64,000 nucleotides of DNA, taken from positions 6,510,001 to 6,574,000 of the forward strand of contig NC_081366.1 of NCBI RefSeq assembly GCF_030684315.1. The letters run 5' to 3'. This document shows positions 36,008 to 49,443 of the stretch, piece after piece (the first letter of the stretch is position 1; each line of letters begins with the position of its first letter). A program made the position numbers and the translations under genes. This stretch comes from Stegostoma tigrinum (lineage: Eukaryota). The notes under the pieces are model-generated. The model worked only from the letters and a program-made list of their open reading frames with translations. It was not told where the DNA came from and searched no databases.

Positions 36008-38476
36008 CTCATTGTACAAAGTGTTGCTGAACTTCTCCGTATGCAGCAACTCTGAATCTTGTTTTCCAAAATAATCATTCTGGGCATTCATTTTGTCCGT
36101 GGGTGACTTGCATCTGTTGGGGGTTATGAAGTCTCTCCTTGTTGACTGCAATGTTGAACATGACTCATAACGGAAACTCTGAGAAAGTGGGTCACCACCG
36201 AATACCTCAACGTAATTTGAGGGTATCTGAAGGTTTCTACTGGCTTTTTGAATTCCATTCAAAGAATGCCCAGTTTCAATGCAACAACAAACTCCCAGGG
36301 AACAGTGCTGACCACACTGTGGATTCCTGCTTTTATGAACCTTCACAGCGAGAATAATTAAAATCACGAGAAAAATGGTAGAAATACTTCCTAATGCGAT
36401 GACCAAGGAAAGGCTCAGATCAGGCCGAAACCCGGGGTCTTCAGACGAACCACTGGCTTTGGAAAATTTGTCAGCGTCATCACCAATTACAGTTAAGATA
36501 ATAGTTACTGAGGCAGAAAGAGATGGTGATCCATTATCTTTTACCAGAATCACCAACCTTTGCTTCGAGGCATCTTTGGAAACGACACGACGGATTGTCC
36601 AAATTTCCCCAGTTTCTGGCGAAATGGTGAAAAGGTTATGCTGGGTAGCTTTAAAAATGGAATAAGAAAGACGAGCGTTCTGACCGGCATCAGCGTCAGT
36701 GGCGGATACCTTGGCAACCAAATAGCCTGGTTCCGCAAACCTGGATATTGTATCAACTGCTGTTGTCCCAAATTCGGCCACTGGCTGCACGATGACTGGA
36801 ACGTTGTCATTTTGATCCAGGATAATCACATCCACTGAAACATTACTTGCCAATGATGGCGTCCCAAAGTCCGTCGCCTGAACTTGAATCTGAAAGTTTT
36901 TCAGTTGCTCGTAGTCAAAAGATCTTTGAGCGAATATGACACCGGTGTGCGGGCTAATAGAGACGTAATCGAATACCGAGGCGTTCAGAATTTGAGTCTC
37001 TAGAATAAAGTACTTCAGTTTGGCGTTCAATCCAACATCGGAATCAAAGGCAGTAACAGAAAATATAGAAGCGCCAACGTCGTTATTTTCCATTATGTTT
37101 GCTGTAAATACAGATTGACTGAATTGTGGCGCGTTGTCATTTACATCGGATACCTCAACCCGAATGCTTTTCTCAGACGTAAGTGGAGGATTTCCGGCAT
37201 CCGAACATGTTATTGTAACGTCATACTTGGAGGTATTTTCACGATCCAGTGCACGATGAACAAGTATTCCATAATAATTCTTTAAAGAAGAATCTAGTTT
37301 AAATGGCAATTTATTTGACATATGACATTGTACCTGCCCGTTTGCGCCCGAATCTTTATCTGCCGCAGCGAACAGAGCGACTACAGTCCCAACTGCTACA
37401 TTTTCCGAAATTGTGGTCGATAATGACGTTAATGTCAACTCAGGTGGGTTATCATTCACATCAATAATATTTACTAAAACATCACAGTGCCCCGACATCG
37501 CGTCATAACCTCCGTCTGTAGCCTGAATGTTTAACTCAAAGACACTGTTTTCTTCATAATCTAACTTACGTTTCACTCTGATTTCACCGGTCTTAGAATC
37601 TACGCCAAATAGTTCGCGAACTCTAGCTGAAGTATGGCTACCAAACGAGTAGCTTATATCTCCATTGGGGCCATCGTCCAAGTCCGTGGCATTTAGTCTG
37701 ATTACCTGCGATCCTGTGGCTACATTCTCTAACAGACTGACTCTGTAAACTGACTGGGAGAAGACGGGAGCATTGTCGTTCACATCATTTACAATTATTG
37801 AGATCTGAACCGTGCCCGATCTCCCGGGCACTCCGCCGTCCTTGGCTATCAACGTTAATTTGTGGCTGCTTTCCGCTTCTCTATCCACAGAGCTCTGTAG
37901 CACTAATACCGGGGATTTTACATTACCACTACGCATCTGTACATCGAGAACAAAATAATCGTTCGGAAGGAGCTCGTAGGTTTGTACGGAGTTGGTTCCA
38001 ACGTCCAGATCGTGCGCGGGCTCGAGTGGAAAGCGCGTTCCAGGAACAGAAAGCTCTGACACTTCTAGGCGGAATTGTGTATTTGGGAAACTAGGAGCAT
38101 TGTCATTCACATCGAGAATCTCCACTGCAACCTGGTACAGCTTTAAAGGGTTTTCAAGGAAAACATTGAAGCTCAGCACACAACTGAGGCTCGGTCCGCA
38201 AATCTCTTCTCTGTCAATTATTTTCGACACCAGTAAAATGCCAATGTCCAAATTTATATCCACATATTGTTTGTTCGTCCCGGCTACTATTCGTAAATTG
38301 CGAGCCGAGAGCTGCTTTATATTTAAGCTGAGATCCTCAGCGATATTCCCAACAAAGGCGCCGAGTTGCAGTTCTTCAGGAATTGAGTAACGAATCTGTC
38401 CAAACACTAGGTTCCAAGAAGAGAATATGCAGCACAAGAAATGGCATTTCAGACGCCAAAATATTTTATATCTCAT
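36008..38476 (-). CDS. Clustered protocadherin variable exon V7
   Basis: ATG at 38476 (MRYKIFW...), six EC repeats, TM and the cytoplasmic motif. Phase-0 donor AATGAG|GTGAGA at 36008; 823 codons. Confidence 0.95.
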
Positions 38477-38700
38477 TTCCAGAGTCAAACATTCCCTTTA
38501 TTTCAGCATGTATCCGCAGCATTAATTATTCTCTTTATAGTTATATCAATGCTTTTATTTCGAAAGCAACTGCGACGTAGTAAATACCTGAACATTTCAC
38601 GAATCGCTTGGATTCTACCATTTAAGTTTCCTATTTTTTCTAAATGTCGAATGGATTCGTGAACAATTGCTTACGAGCCGCTGGCAATCCAATTTTATCT

Positions 38701-38880
38701 CTGTGTGATCGGACGTGATGGTGTCTGGGTAGTGAAGGGGCTGTCCGGATCCCCGTCCACATCTTACGTTCTGATTGGTGAAGAGCAGCACGCTTAAATT
38801 TGACCAATCAAATTACCATTTACTTCTTAAAGCTGTGAGTTCTGCAGTAAGTGCAATTGTCGAGATTTATTGTTGCGCAC
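38701..38880 (-). promoter_or_regulatory. Pcdh V7 promoter
   Basis: GTGATGGTGTCTGGG, GGATCCCC, ATTGG 38774, CCAAT 38804, TTCTTAAAGCT, TTTATTGTTGCGCA. Confidence 0.8.
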
Positions 38881-40665
38881 TAAAAAATATTTTAAGATGT
38901 AATGAAGTGTATTGTTTCTCCCCGTTAGCACAGTTACGTCTAGAAAGAAATGACAACATACTACACATGACAGGTGTGATAAGAATAATAGAACGTTTTC
39001 CATATGCCTCGTTTGTGTGTAAGTATTGTTTAAATTATGATTCAGCTATGGTTCTTTGTCATTGAATTCTGTTGCCAAATTAGACATTTCACATTACAGG
39101 AGCACAAAATTATTTCATCGTTCAATTTTTGATGTGAAATCTGAAAATAATCATTACTATACTCAACTGAACTTTCAGATTCCTTATAACTGTCCAGTTT
39201 CAATTGTACGAATTTCCGTTCTCTGTGTTATGGATATATTAATCTGTGGGGAAAAAAATCGTTCCAATCTGGCGCAATGCACAATTGTGGAGAATTATAC
39301 GCAGAGTAAGTTATTCCTCCCTCCTCCACAGTGTGTACTATCGACAAGAGGAACTGCAGAAATTCACCAAAGATCTTTAGATGACATCTTCCAAAACCAG
39401 GTCCACTTCCACGCAGAAGGATAAGGGCATTAGATGCACAGGAACACCACTATGTTTATGTTCCTCTCTAAGCCACTCACTATCCTGATATGGAAACATA
39501 TTGCCTCATGCTGGGTCAAAATCCTGAAATTCCATCCCAATGTGGGTCAGCTTACACCAAATGCACTGCAGAGGTTCAAGGAGGCAACTTGCTACCACCT
39601 TTTCAAGGGCAATGAGGGACATTCAATAAATGCTATCCAGTCAATGGCGCCCATGTCCCATAGGTGAATCAAAGAAACACATCATCGGAGTTACCAGCAT
39701 GAAATCAGGAAATGTGAGAAGAAATTATTATTACCCTTGAAATTAAATATATTTAAATCTACATTAAATAAACAAGCGTATCATTTACAACTGATGTATT
39801 TCCTAAAAGAAATTTTGCACAGCAATGGATGAACCATTTGTTGTTGACCAATAGGCCAGAAATGGTAAAAGGTAAATTGACCAAAGCCCTACTGATCCCT
39901 TAAAGTTGCTCTGTCATTGCAGGGGTTGTTGTTCTCCCTAAGAATCACGACACCTTAGGTGAGGGAGATGCCAAGAAGGGGGATATTTCCGGTGGAACAT
40001 CAACCAGTGTAGAAATGGAACATTGGTTGTACTGTTTTTCATTAGAAACCGGACATCCAGCAAGCTGAGATACCTGACAACCAAGAGTACGTCAGAACCG
40101 AATAATTCTGGGCAAGAATCTCAACTTGTGAGTCCGCAGAGCGGTCAAGATGAAAATTCGGAGCATGATGGAATGTACTCCATTTTCCTGGAGGTATACT
40201 TTTTCAACAACACTCGAGATATTTAACACTGATGAAGACCCAAAGTGCATTTGACTGGCACAACACATAACAAGTTAGATAACGACCCTCCTCATCATCA
40301 ATGGACAATGCCAGCAGTATGCACTGACTATAAGATGCACTGCAGCAACTCACCATTACCTCTGTGAAATTACTTGTAAATGCATGAATAGAAGGGCAAG
40401 AAGAGCATATGCAAAAAAAAATTGACACGACATAGATTATCATGGCCCGAATGAAGAACACAGATCCAAAACTATCATGGAGTCAAATCTGGGAATCCCT
40501 GTCTAAATACAGGGTGAAAACACTAATGCCACAGTTCAAGAAGGCAACGAGCAACCAACTTCTTCAGGACCAGTAGGACAGGCCAAAAGCGTTGGCCAAA
40601 TGGTGATGCTCACATTGCTTGAATGAATTAAAAAAAAACCTATTCCCATTTTCGAAATGGCTCAC

Positions 40666-43134
40666 CTCGTTGTACAAAGTGTTGCTGACCTTCTCGGTGG
40701 GCAGCAACTCAGGATCCCGTTTCCCAACATAATCATTCTGGGCATACGTTTTGTCCGTGGGTGACTTGCATCTGTTGGGGGTTATGAAGTCTCGCCTTGT
40801 TGACTGCAATGTTGAACATGACTCATAACGGAAACTCTGAGAAAGTGGGTCACCACCGAATACCTCAACGTAATTTGAGGGTATCTGAAGGTTTCTACTG
40901 GCTTTTTGAATTCCATTCAGAGAATGCCCAGTTTCAATGCAACAACAAACTCCCAGGGAACAGTGCTGACCACTCTGTGGATTCCTGCTTTTATGAACCT
41001 TCACAGCGAGAATAATTAAAATCACGAGAAAAATGGTAGAAATAATTCCTAATACGATGACCAAGGAAAGGCTCAGATCAGGCCGAAACCGGGGGTCTTC
41101 AGACGAACCACTGACTTTGGAAAATATGTCAGCGTCATCACCAATTACAGTTAAGATAATAGTCACTGAGGCAGAAAGAGATGGTGATCCATTATCTTTT
41201 ACCAGAATCACCAACCTTTGCTTCGAGGCATCTTTGGAAACGACACGACGGATTGTCCAAATTTCTCCAGTGTCTGGTGAAATAGTAAAAAGGTTATGCT
41301 GGGTAGCCTGAAAAATGGAATAAGAAAGACGAGCGTTCTGACCGGCATCAGCGTCAGTGGCGGATACCTTGGCAACCAAATAGCCTGGTTCCGCAAACCT
41401 GGATATTGTATCAACTGCTGTTGACCCAAATTCGGCCACTGGCTGCACGATGACTGGAACGTTGTCATTTTGATCCAGGATAATCACATCCACTGAAACA
41501 TTACTTGTCAATGATGGCGTCCCAAAGTCCAATACCTGAGCTTGAATCTGAAAGTTTTTCAGTTGCTCGTAGTCAAAAGATCTTTGAGCGAATATAACAC
41601 CGGTGTGCGGGTTAATAGAGATGTAATCGAATACCGAGGCGTTCAGAATTTGAGTCTCCAGAATGAAGTATTTCAGTTGAGCGTTCACTCCAACATCGCG
41701 ATCAAAGGCTGTAATGGAAAGTATAGAAGCGCCAATATCATTATTCTCCATTATGCTTGCTGTAAATACAGATTGACTGAATTGTGGCGCGTTGTCATTT
41801 ACATCGGTTATCTCGACCCGAATAGTTTTCTTGGATGTTAGTGGAGGATTTCCGGCATCAGAACATGTTATTGTAACGTCATACTTGGAGTTATTTTCAC
41901 GATCCAGTGCACGATGAACAAGTATTCCGTAATAATTCTTTAAAGAAGAATCCAGTTTAAATGGCAATTTATTTGAAATATGACATTGTAACTGTCCGTT
42001 TGCGCCCGAATCTTTATCTGCCGCAGCGAATAGAGCGACTACAGTCCCAACTGCGACATTTTCGGAAATTGTACTCGATAAAGACGTCAAAATCACCTCA
42101 GGTGGGTTATCATTCACATCAATAATATTTACCAAAATATCACAGTGCCCCAACATAGCATCAGAACCTCCGTCTGTAGCCTGAATGTTTAACTCAAAAA
42201 CACTGGTTTGTTCATAGTCCAATGTCCGTTTTACTATAATTTCACCAGTTTTGGAATTCACGCCAAACAGTTCACGAACTTCAGCTGAAGTGTGGCTACC
42301 AAACGAATAGCTTATCTCTCCATTGGACCCTTCGTCCAAGTCAGTGGCATTTAGTTTGATTACCTGCGATCCTGTGGCTACATTCTCTAACAGATTGACT
42401 CTGTAAGTTGACTGGGAGAAGACGGGAGCATTGTCGTTTGCATCATTTACAATTATCATAACCTGACTCGTGCCCGATCTCACAGGTACTCCGCCGTCCT
42501 TGGCTATCAACGTTAATTTGTGGCTGCTTTCCGCTTCTCTGTCCAAGGTACTCTGTAGCACTAATACCGGGGATTTTACATTACCACTACGCATCTGTAC
42601 ATCGAGAACAAAATAATCGTTCGGAAGGAGCTCGTAGTTTTGTACGGAATTGGTTCCAACGTCCAGATCGTGCGCGGGCTCGAGTGGAAAGCGCGTTCCA
42701 GGAATAGAACGCTCTGACACTTCTAGGCGGAATTGTGTATTTGGGAAGCTAGGAGCATTGTCATTCACATCGAGAATCTCCACTGCAACCTGGTACAGCT
42801 TTAAAGGGTTTTCAAGGAAAACGTTGAAGCTTAGCACACAACTGAGGCTCGGTCCGCAGATCGCTTCTCTGTCAATTATTTTCGACACCAATAAAATGCC
42901 AATGTCCAAATTTATATCCACGTATTGTGTGTTGGGTCCGGCTACTATTCGCAAATTGCGAGCCGAGAGCTGCTTTACATCTAAACTGAGATCCTCAGCG
43001 ATATTCCCAACAAAGGCGCCGAGTTGCAGTTCTTCAGGAATTGAGTAACGAATCTGTCCAAACACTAGGTTCCAAGAAGAGAATATGCAGCACAAGAAAT
43101 GGCATTTCAGACGCCAAAATATTTTATATCTCAT
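40666..43134 (-). CDS. Clustered protocadherin variable exon V8 (close paralog of V7/V9)
   Basis: ATG at 43134, six EC repeats, TM. Phase-0 donor AACGAG|GTGAGC at 40666; 823 codons. Confidence 0.95.
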
Positions 43135-43359
43135 TTCCAGAGTCAAACATTCCCTTTATTTCAACATGTATCCGCAGCATTACTTATTCTCCTTTGAGTT
43201 ATACCAATGTTTTTGTTTCGGAAGCAATTGCACCGGAGTAAATACCTGAACATTTCACAAATCGCTCGGATTATACCATTTAAGCCTTGTATTTTCTCGA
43301 AACGTCCAGTCGATTCGTGAACAATTCCTAACGAGCCGCTTGCAGTCCAATTTTACCCT

Positions 43360-43540
43360 GCGTCTGATTAGACGTGATGGTGTCTGGGTAGCGAAGGGGC
43401 TGTGCGGATTCCCATCCACATCTTAAGTTCTGATTGGTGAAGAGCAGCGCGCTTAAATTCCACCAATGAAATTACTGATGACTTCTTAAAGCTGGGCGTC
43501 CTGCAGTGAGTGCAAATGCCTCGATTTATTGTTGCACAAT
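43360..43540 (-). promoter_or_regulatory. Pcdh V8 promoter
   Basis: GTGATGGTGTCTGGG, GGATTCCC, ATTGG 43433, CCAAT 43463, TTCTTAAAGCT, TTTATTGTTGCACAA. Confidence 0.8.
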
Positions 43541-44279
43541 AGAAAAATAAACCTGTTGAACTGCATTGTTTCTCCCTGTTCCCAAAGTTACATCTGGAAA
43601 GAAATGACAACATACTACAAATGACTGGAAAAATAGGAATAAAAGTACAACTGCCATAAGCCTCTTTTGAATGTTAGTATTATTTAATTTATAATTCAGC
43701 TGCGGTTTTTGTGTCGTTGCATTCCGTTGCCAAATTTGCCATTTCTCACTACAAGAACTCAAAACTATTTCATCGTTCATCTTTTGATGAGAAATGCGAA
43801 AATAGGCATTACTATACTCCGTTTCATTGTCAGACTCCATATAGCTATCCAGTGTCACTTGTAATAGTTTCCATTCTCTATGTTCTGGTTAGATCAGTCC
43901 GTGGAAAAAAATACTCCATTCTTTGCCATGCCCAATAGTGGAGAATTATGCGCAGTGCGATTTATTCCTCACTTACGTCTTATGCTCTCGTCCAAGGTAG
44001 ATATTGTATTATTTTCAAGATTATCGGTAGCAGTCAAGATATTAAAGGAGCACACATGTGAAGCCCTGTTTTCTCAGCTGGATCACGCAAGTAGTTCTAT
44101 TAACTGTTCAAAAACATGAAGTTACCAGAGTCCTCTGAAGAACATGGACAGTGTTCAACTTCTCAGGCATGAAATGTGTTTTTGACGAGTCCAATACTCA
44201 ACATTCCAGAATTTCTCCAGGAAAAAAATAAAGAATGCTGGCACAATGATTTGTCAGGGTTGACATGATTTACTTCCAA

Positions 44280-44698
44280 ATGCATCCAAATACACGTCTT
44301 TAGTTTCCAAAAATGATATCTTCTGAGGTGTTCCACGATCAACCAGATAATGTCCGAGAAAGGAGTTTAGTAAGCAAAATTAAATTACGCATGATACATG
44401 TTAATAAATTGTCATGGATTGAAATTTGGTTGACAGAGATGAAACAGAGAGACTGATGAAAAGGACGTTTGTTTTCTCAGTGTAATATATCGAATACTGG
44501 GGTACCGCAAGGTTTCAGTCACAGCATTTCATAGATATGTATGTCTAGGATGAAGGAATAAATTATAATGTAACATTTGTACATTGTGAGATTTTGAGTC
44601 ATGAGAAAGTTGGAAGGAGACTTGCAGGTGTGGACATATTCAAGGACCCTGCGTCCGTGCACGTCTGCCAATGAAAGTAATCAGGCACGGGGTATATT
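44280..44698 (+). mobile_element. Old CR1 LINE fragment, left part (interrupted by the Penelope element; continues at 47626-48220)
   Basis: GATTGAAATTTGGTTGACAGAGATGAAACAGAG...GGGGTACCGCAAGG is a degenerate CR1 RT. The uninterrupted paralogous site is at ~61115-61200. Confidence 0.55.
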
Positions 44699-44737
44699 CT
44701 GTTGAGTTTGGTCGGCTCGGCGAGCTGGTTTGTTGTG

Positions 44738-44780
44738 CCGCAGACTTTCATTCCCGTGCTTGGTAACATCCTCAGTGCAG
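44738..44780 (-). ncRNA. Minimal type-I hammerhead ribozyme-like motif (left Penelope terminus)
   Basis: CTGCA-CTGAGGA-T-GTTACC-AAGCAC-GGGAAT-GAAA-GTC-TGCGG. Stem I is CTGCA/TGCGG, stem II is imperfect, and one base is missing from the GAAACGTC consensus. Confidence 0.55.
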
Positions 44781-47507
44781 CCTCTGAGGAAGTGTCAGTG
44801 TGTTTTCCCGCCTGGCTTTTAAACTTTTGGGTCCGTTGTGATGGATTGCCTCACTTCCGCATTTTCTCCGTAGTGTAATGTATATGGGGTCGAGTTCAAT
44901 GTGTTTATTAATAGCCTGCTTCGTGGAGTGCCTTGCTTCCAGGAATTCACGTGCTTGACTCTGCCTACCCTGTCCCAGGATCTTGGTGTTGTCCCAGTCG
45001 AAGTCGTGGTTCTCCTTGTCCATGTGGATTGAGATGAGTGAGTATTGGTCGCGTATTTTTGTAGTCAGTTGGTGTTCATGTTCTCTTGCTGTTAGTTTCC
45101 TTCCTTTTTGCCCGATGTCGTGCTTCTCGCAGTCTCTGCAGGGGATCTTGTGGATGACATTGGTCCTGTCAATGGAGGGGAGTGGGTCTTTATTTCGGAT
45201 GAACACGTGTCATTGGGTTGATGTGGGTTTGTGTGCCACTCTGATGCCCAGCGGTCGTAGAAGTCTTGTTGTGAGTTCCGCTGTGTTTCTGATATAGGAT
45301 AGAGCGGTGAGTGTATCGCGGCGTGTAGAATCTTTCTGATGCTGTTCCTGACCCAGTTGTTTGCATATCTATTATCCTTGAACATTTGGAAGAAATTACG
45401 CGCCAATAAACGTTATTCCAGGAGGCTATCAATCACGAATGGACAACCGAAATGTCACGACCCATTAACATCAGCCGACAGACCATCAGAGCCAAGAAAG
45501 TACAGACCCTGCAAGACAAACTAACCACACTTACCCACAAAAGCGACAACAACAGAACTGACACATGGATATGGAACGTGTCCGATAGGAAACTGACAGA
45601 CGCGGAAAAAAGCTGTTCTCACCCGGGGACTGAACTACAACTACAGGGACGCCAACAAAACAGAATGGCTAGCTACACTGGAAGCCACACTCAAGGCCAA
45701 CAATGTCAACGAAGAAACACAACAAACTATAAGACTGACGGTAGTCCCGACACTAACCAGAAAGAGGGAACTCAACACCCTCAACACACGGGAAAGACGA
45801 GCCTTGGACAGATTAAAGGACAAAACATCACTTTCCTACCTGCAGGCAAAGGGCGCATGTGAGTGATAATGAATACAAAGGACGACATCTCCAAAGCACA
45901 AGCAGGTCGCCGACGAGATCACATACCGGCCAGTACAAACCGACCCGATACCACAGCTAGGCAACAAAATTCTATACATGCTACGAAGACTTAAACAAAC
46001 AGGACAGATCAACAAAGCAGACTTCTGAAGAATGAAACCCGAAGGAAACAACACACCCCGATTCTACGGCTTCCCTAAAGTGCACAAACCGGAAGTCCCC
46101 TCAGACCCATAGCCTCCACACCCGGCACTCCAGCGCACAGATTAGCCGGAGAACTACAAGGAAGACTCAAGCACATAGTCAACAAATCACCCCACTCCGT
46201 CCACTCAGCCCAAGAATTCCTCAACTCGATCAAAAACTTAAGGATAGAGGACGGAGAGACCATGACATCGTTTGATGTCACTGCCCTATTCACGTCAATA
46301 GACATACCAATAGCAAGGGAAACAATGACAACACTGACTGAACAAGTACACGACCCCAGTGCAGCCATCTCCAAGGACAACGTGCTTAAACTAATGGACT
46401 TATGCCTGACCGCCTGCTTCACCTTCAACGGCCAAATATACGAACAAATCAACGGGAGACCCGTGGGATCGCCTATCTCCGGACTCATAGGAGAAGCAGT
46501 GATGCAAAGATTGGAAAGGACTGCCTTTCCGCAAATCCCAACCTCAACTGTGGATACACTACGTAGACGACACCTTCGTCATCATTAAACGGACAAAATT
46601 AGAAGAGACACACAAACTCATAAACAACACCCTCACTGGAATAAAATTTACCAGAGAGGAGGAGAAGAACAAACAACTCCCATTCCTGGACGTCATGGTA
46701 GGACGCAAGACAAATGGGGAGCTGCAAACGAAAATACTCCGAAAGGCCGCACACACAGGTCAGGTATTGAACTTAGATAGTAACCATCCCAGCACACATA
46801 AACAGAGCTGCGTGCGAACACTAATTAAAAGGGCAACAACACACTGCGGCAACATGGAACTTCACCAAGAGGAGGAGTGTCTCTTCCGAGTGTTTAAGGA
46901 TAATGGATATCCAAAGAACTGGGTCAGGAGATGCCCATAGGAACAGTATCAGAAAAAATCTACTCGCCCCAACACACTCATCACGCTATCCTACATCAGG
47001 AACACGTCAGAACTCGCCACAAAACCTCTAAGACCGCTGGGCATCAGGGTGGCGCACAAACCCACATCAACCCTTAGACAAGTGCTCACCCGAAATAAAG
47101 ACTCACTCCCGGCCATGGACAGGACCAATGTCATCTACAAGATCCCCTGCAGTGACTGCGAGAAACACTACATCGGACAAACAGGAAGGAAACGAACAGC
47201 AAGAGCACATGAACATCAACTGCCTACCACGAGACACGACCAATACTCACTCATCTCAGTCCACATGGACAAGGAGAACCACGACTTCGACTGGGACAAC
47301 ACCAAGATCCTGGGACAGGGTAGGCAGAGTCAAGCACGTGAATTCCTGGAAGCATGGCACTCCACGAAGCAGGCTATTAATAAACACATTGAACTCGACT
47401 CCATATACATTCCACTGCAAAGGAAAACTGGAAGTGAGGCAATCCATCGCAACGGATCCCAGAGTTCAAAAACCAGGCGGGAAAACACACTGACACTTCC
47501 TCAGAGG

Positions 47508-47551
47508 CTGCACTGAGGATGTTACCAAGCTCGGTTACGACACATCTGCGG
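47508..47551 (+). ncRNA. Degenerate minimal hammerhead motif (right Penelope terminus)
   Basis: CTGCA-CTGAGGA-T-GTTACC-AAGCTC-GGTTAC-GACAC-ATC-TGCGG. The core GAAA is mutated to GACA. Confidence 0.5.
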
Positions 47552-47625
47552 AACAACAAACTAGCTCGGCCAGCCAACCAACGTCAACAGCCACAACCCG
47601 AGCTACAGATCTACTCCAAAACGTT

Positions 47626-48220
47626 AGGGCATATTGTCTTTGATTGCAAGAAGACATGCATTCTGAAGTAGACGTGTTTACTACTGCAGGGCTTGGGAAA
47701 CTTACGTCTTGAGTATAGCATGCAGGTTTATCTCTCTCCCTCAGAAAGGATATACTTTTCAAAGAGGGAGTGTGGAAAAGGTTTCAAAGGGCTTCATTGC
47801 CCTATGAGAAATTTCGACTCGTTGCAGAGTCGTGATAAGGTTGAGACGAGATTTGATAAAAGCATATAAAATTCCAAAAGGATGAAAAGTTCAGGTATAA
47901 GGAAGATGACGTCCCTGGTTGGGATGTGTAGCCGCAGGGGTCACAGTCTCAGGATACATGGGAGACCATTTAAGGCTGTGATATGGAAACATTTCTTCAA
48001 ATAGTAGTAAGCTTATGGAATTATCCACCATCAAAGGCTGGAAAGGACACCTCGCTGAATGTATTCAAGAAGGTCGTAGACAAATACTTAGATTTTTAAA
48101 TGATCAAGGAGACTGAAGAGAACGGAGGAAAATCTCATGAGATCGAGGATTAGCCAAAATCATATTGGATGTTGAAGCAGATTTAAAGTTCCATATAGCA
48201 TCGTTCTGACCCTACTTTCA
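47626..48220 (+). mobile_element. Old CR1 LINE fragment, right part
   Basis: AGGGGTCACAGTCTCAGGATA...CCATTTAAGGCTG...TTTCTTCA matches a CR1 3' region; paralog at 61150-61790. Confidence 0.6.
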
Positions 48221-49443
48221 ATATTTCTACTTTTCTGCCGTAGTGTTTCATTGACGATCATTTCCAGCTCACTCATTTCTTGTATCATATGATGCATGCA
48301 TTTACATATTTATTTTGGAAAGTAGATTCTTTTCCGTCTGTACAGGTGCGTGTTCAGGAATGAATTAGAGGGATTTCTGACAAAAGCAATTCATTTTCGG
48401 AAACTTGGTCCCGTTAACTGTATAGGACTGAAGGGCCTGTTCCTGTGTTGTATAACTTGATGCCTTCGAACACATTTTTCAATTGTAAAATGTCACCCTG
48501 AAAACAGGGATTTCAGCTTCACGCTGCTTGACCTGCTGTGTTCATCCAGCTTCACACTTTGTTATCTATTTATCTTTCCCCTTCATGACCGTCAACGTTA
48601 TTTTGGCTCAATAACAAATGTACTTATCCATCTACAGTAGGCACTTTTAATTCAGAAACATTTTAACAGCCGGTGGTGAGGGGAGGCGGAGTGGGGGCAC
48701 GGGGAATTCAAAGCAGGCTCCATAATCGGTTGCATTCTGGAAAATGACGAGGAAATGTTCTCTTTGCTCTTCAAATTCTGTTGCGAAATGTAAGTGTCTT
48801 ATGAGGTCCAAGGATATAAATAACCTATTTAAACGGGGTTCCTTTCCCTGACAAAGAGTAGGAGGTTCAGGTGTGTACTGTAAACTTGCTTGCCATTTCC
48901 TGGTTGAAATTATGTCAATCCCACAGCTGTTTACATTTAATATCAGCACTTCTTTGAATAGCAGTTCCTAAATCGATCAAATTGTCTTGACTATTCGCAA
49001 AATCATCACAGACTTCTGCAAGGAATCCAATTCTCATATGTTGTTGACGAAGTGGCATCAATTCTTTCACTGTCAAAATGCAAACCAAGTCTCATTTGTC
49101 GTGCATTGAAATGTCTACTGAATAGTTTCGATAACAATACCAAAGCACCAAATAATTATTAAAATGTAGGAGTAAATTCAGTCCATTGTGTCTGCACTGT
49201 CTTTGTTAGTTCATCTCGTTCTGTCATCTCACGTCAATATCATGAATTTTCCCCATACACCTACTCGTCATATTATAATAAAATAAACTAATGCTCTCCT
49301 GAAAACTTAGACTGGAACTGACTCCGCCACTCTTTCATGGAATTGGTTCCACACCCTAACACCTTGATCTGTGAGAATGTTTCTAATTCATTCAGACTTT
49401 TCCTGACCATCATTCCTCTTTTTTCTGAAAAACCTCAACAACC

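Larger units (their letters stand above)
44699..47625 (+). mobile_element. Decayed Penelope-like retroelement (RT + GIY-YIG) with an inverted copy of its 3' end on the left
   Basis: RT motifs SFDVTALFTSI, YEQINGRPVGSPISG and YVDDTF; GIY-YIG NVIYKIPCSDCEKHYIGQTGR; frameshifts and stops present. 44699-~45430 is an inverted copy of the 3' region. Imperfect TSD GGGGTATATT (44689) / AGGGCATATT (47626). Confidence 0.92.
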
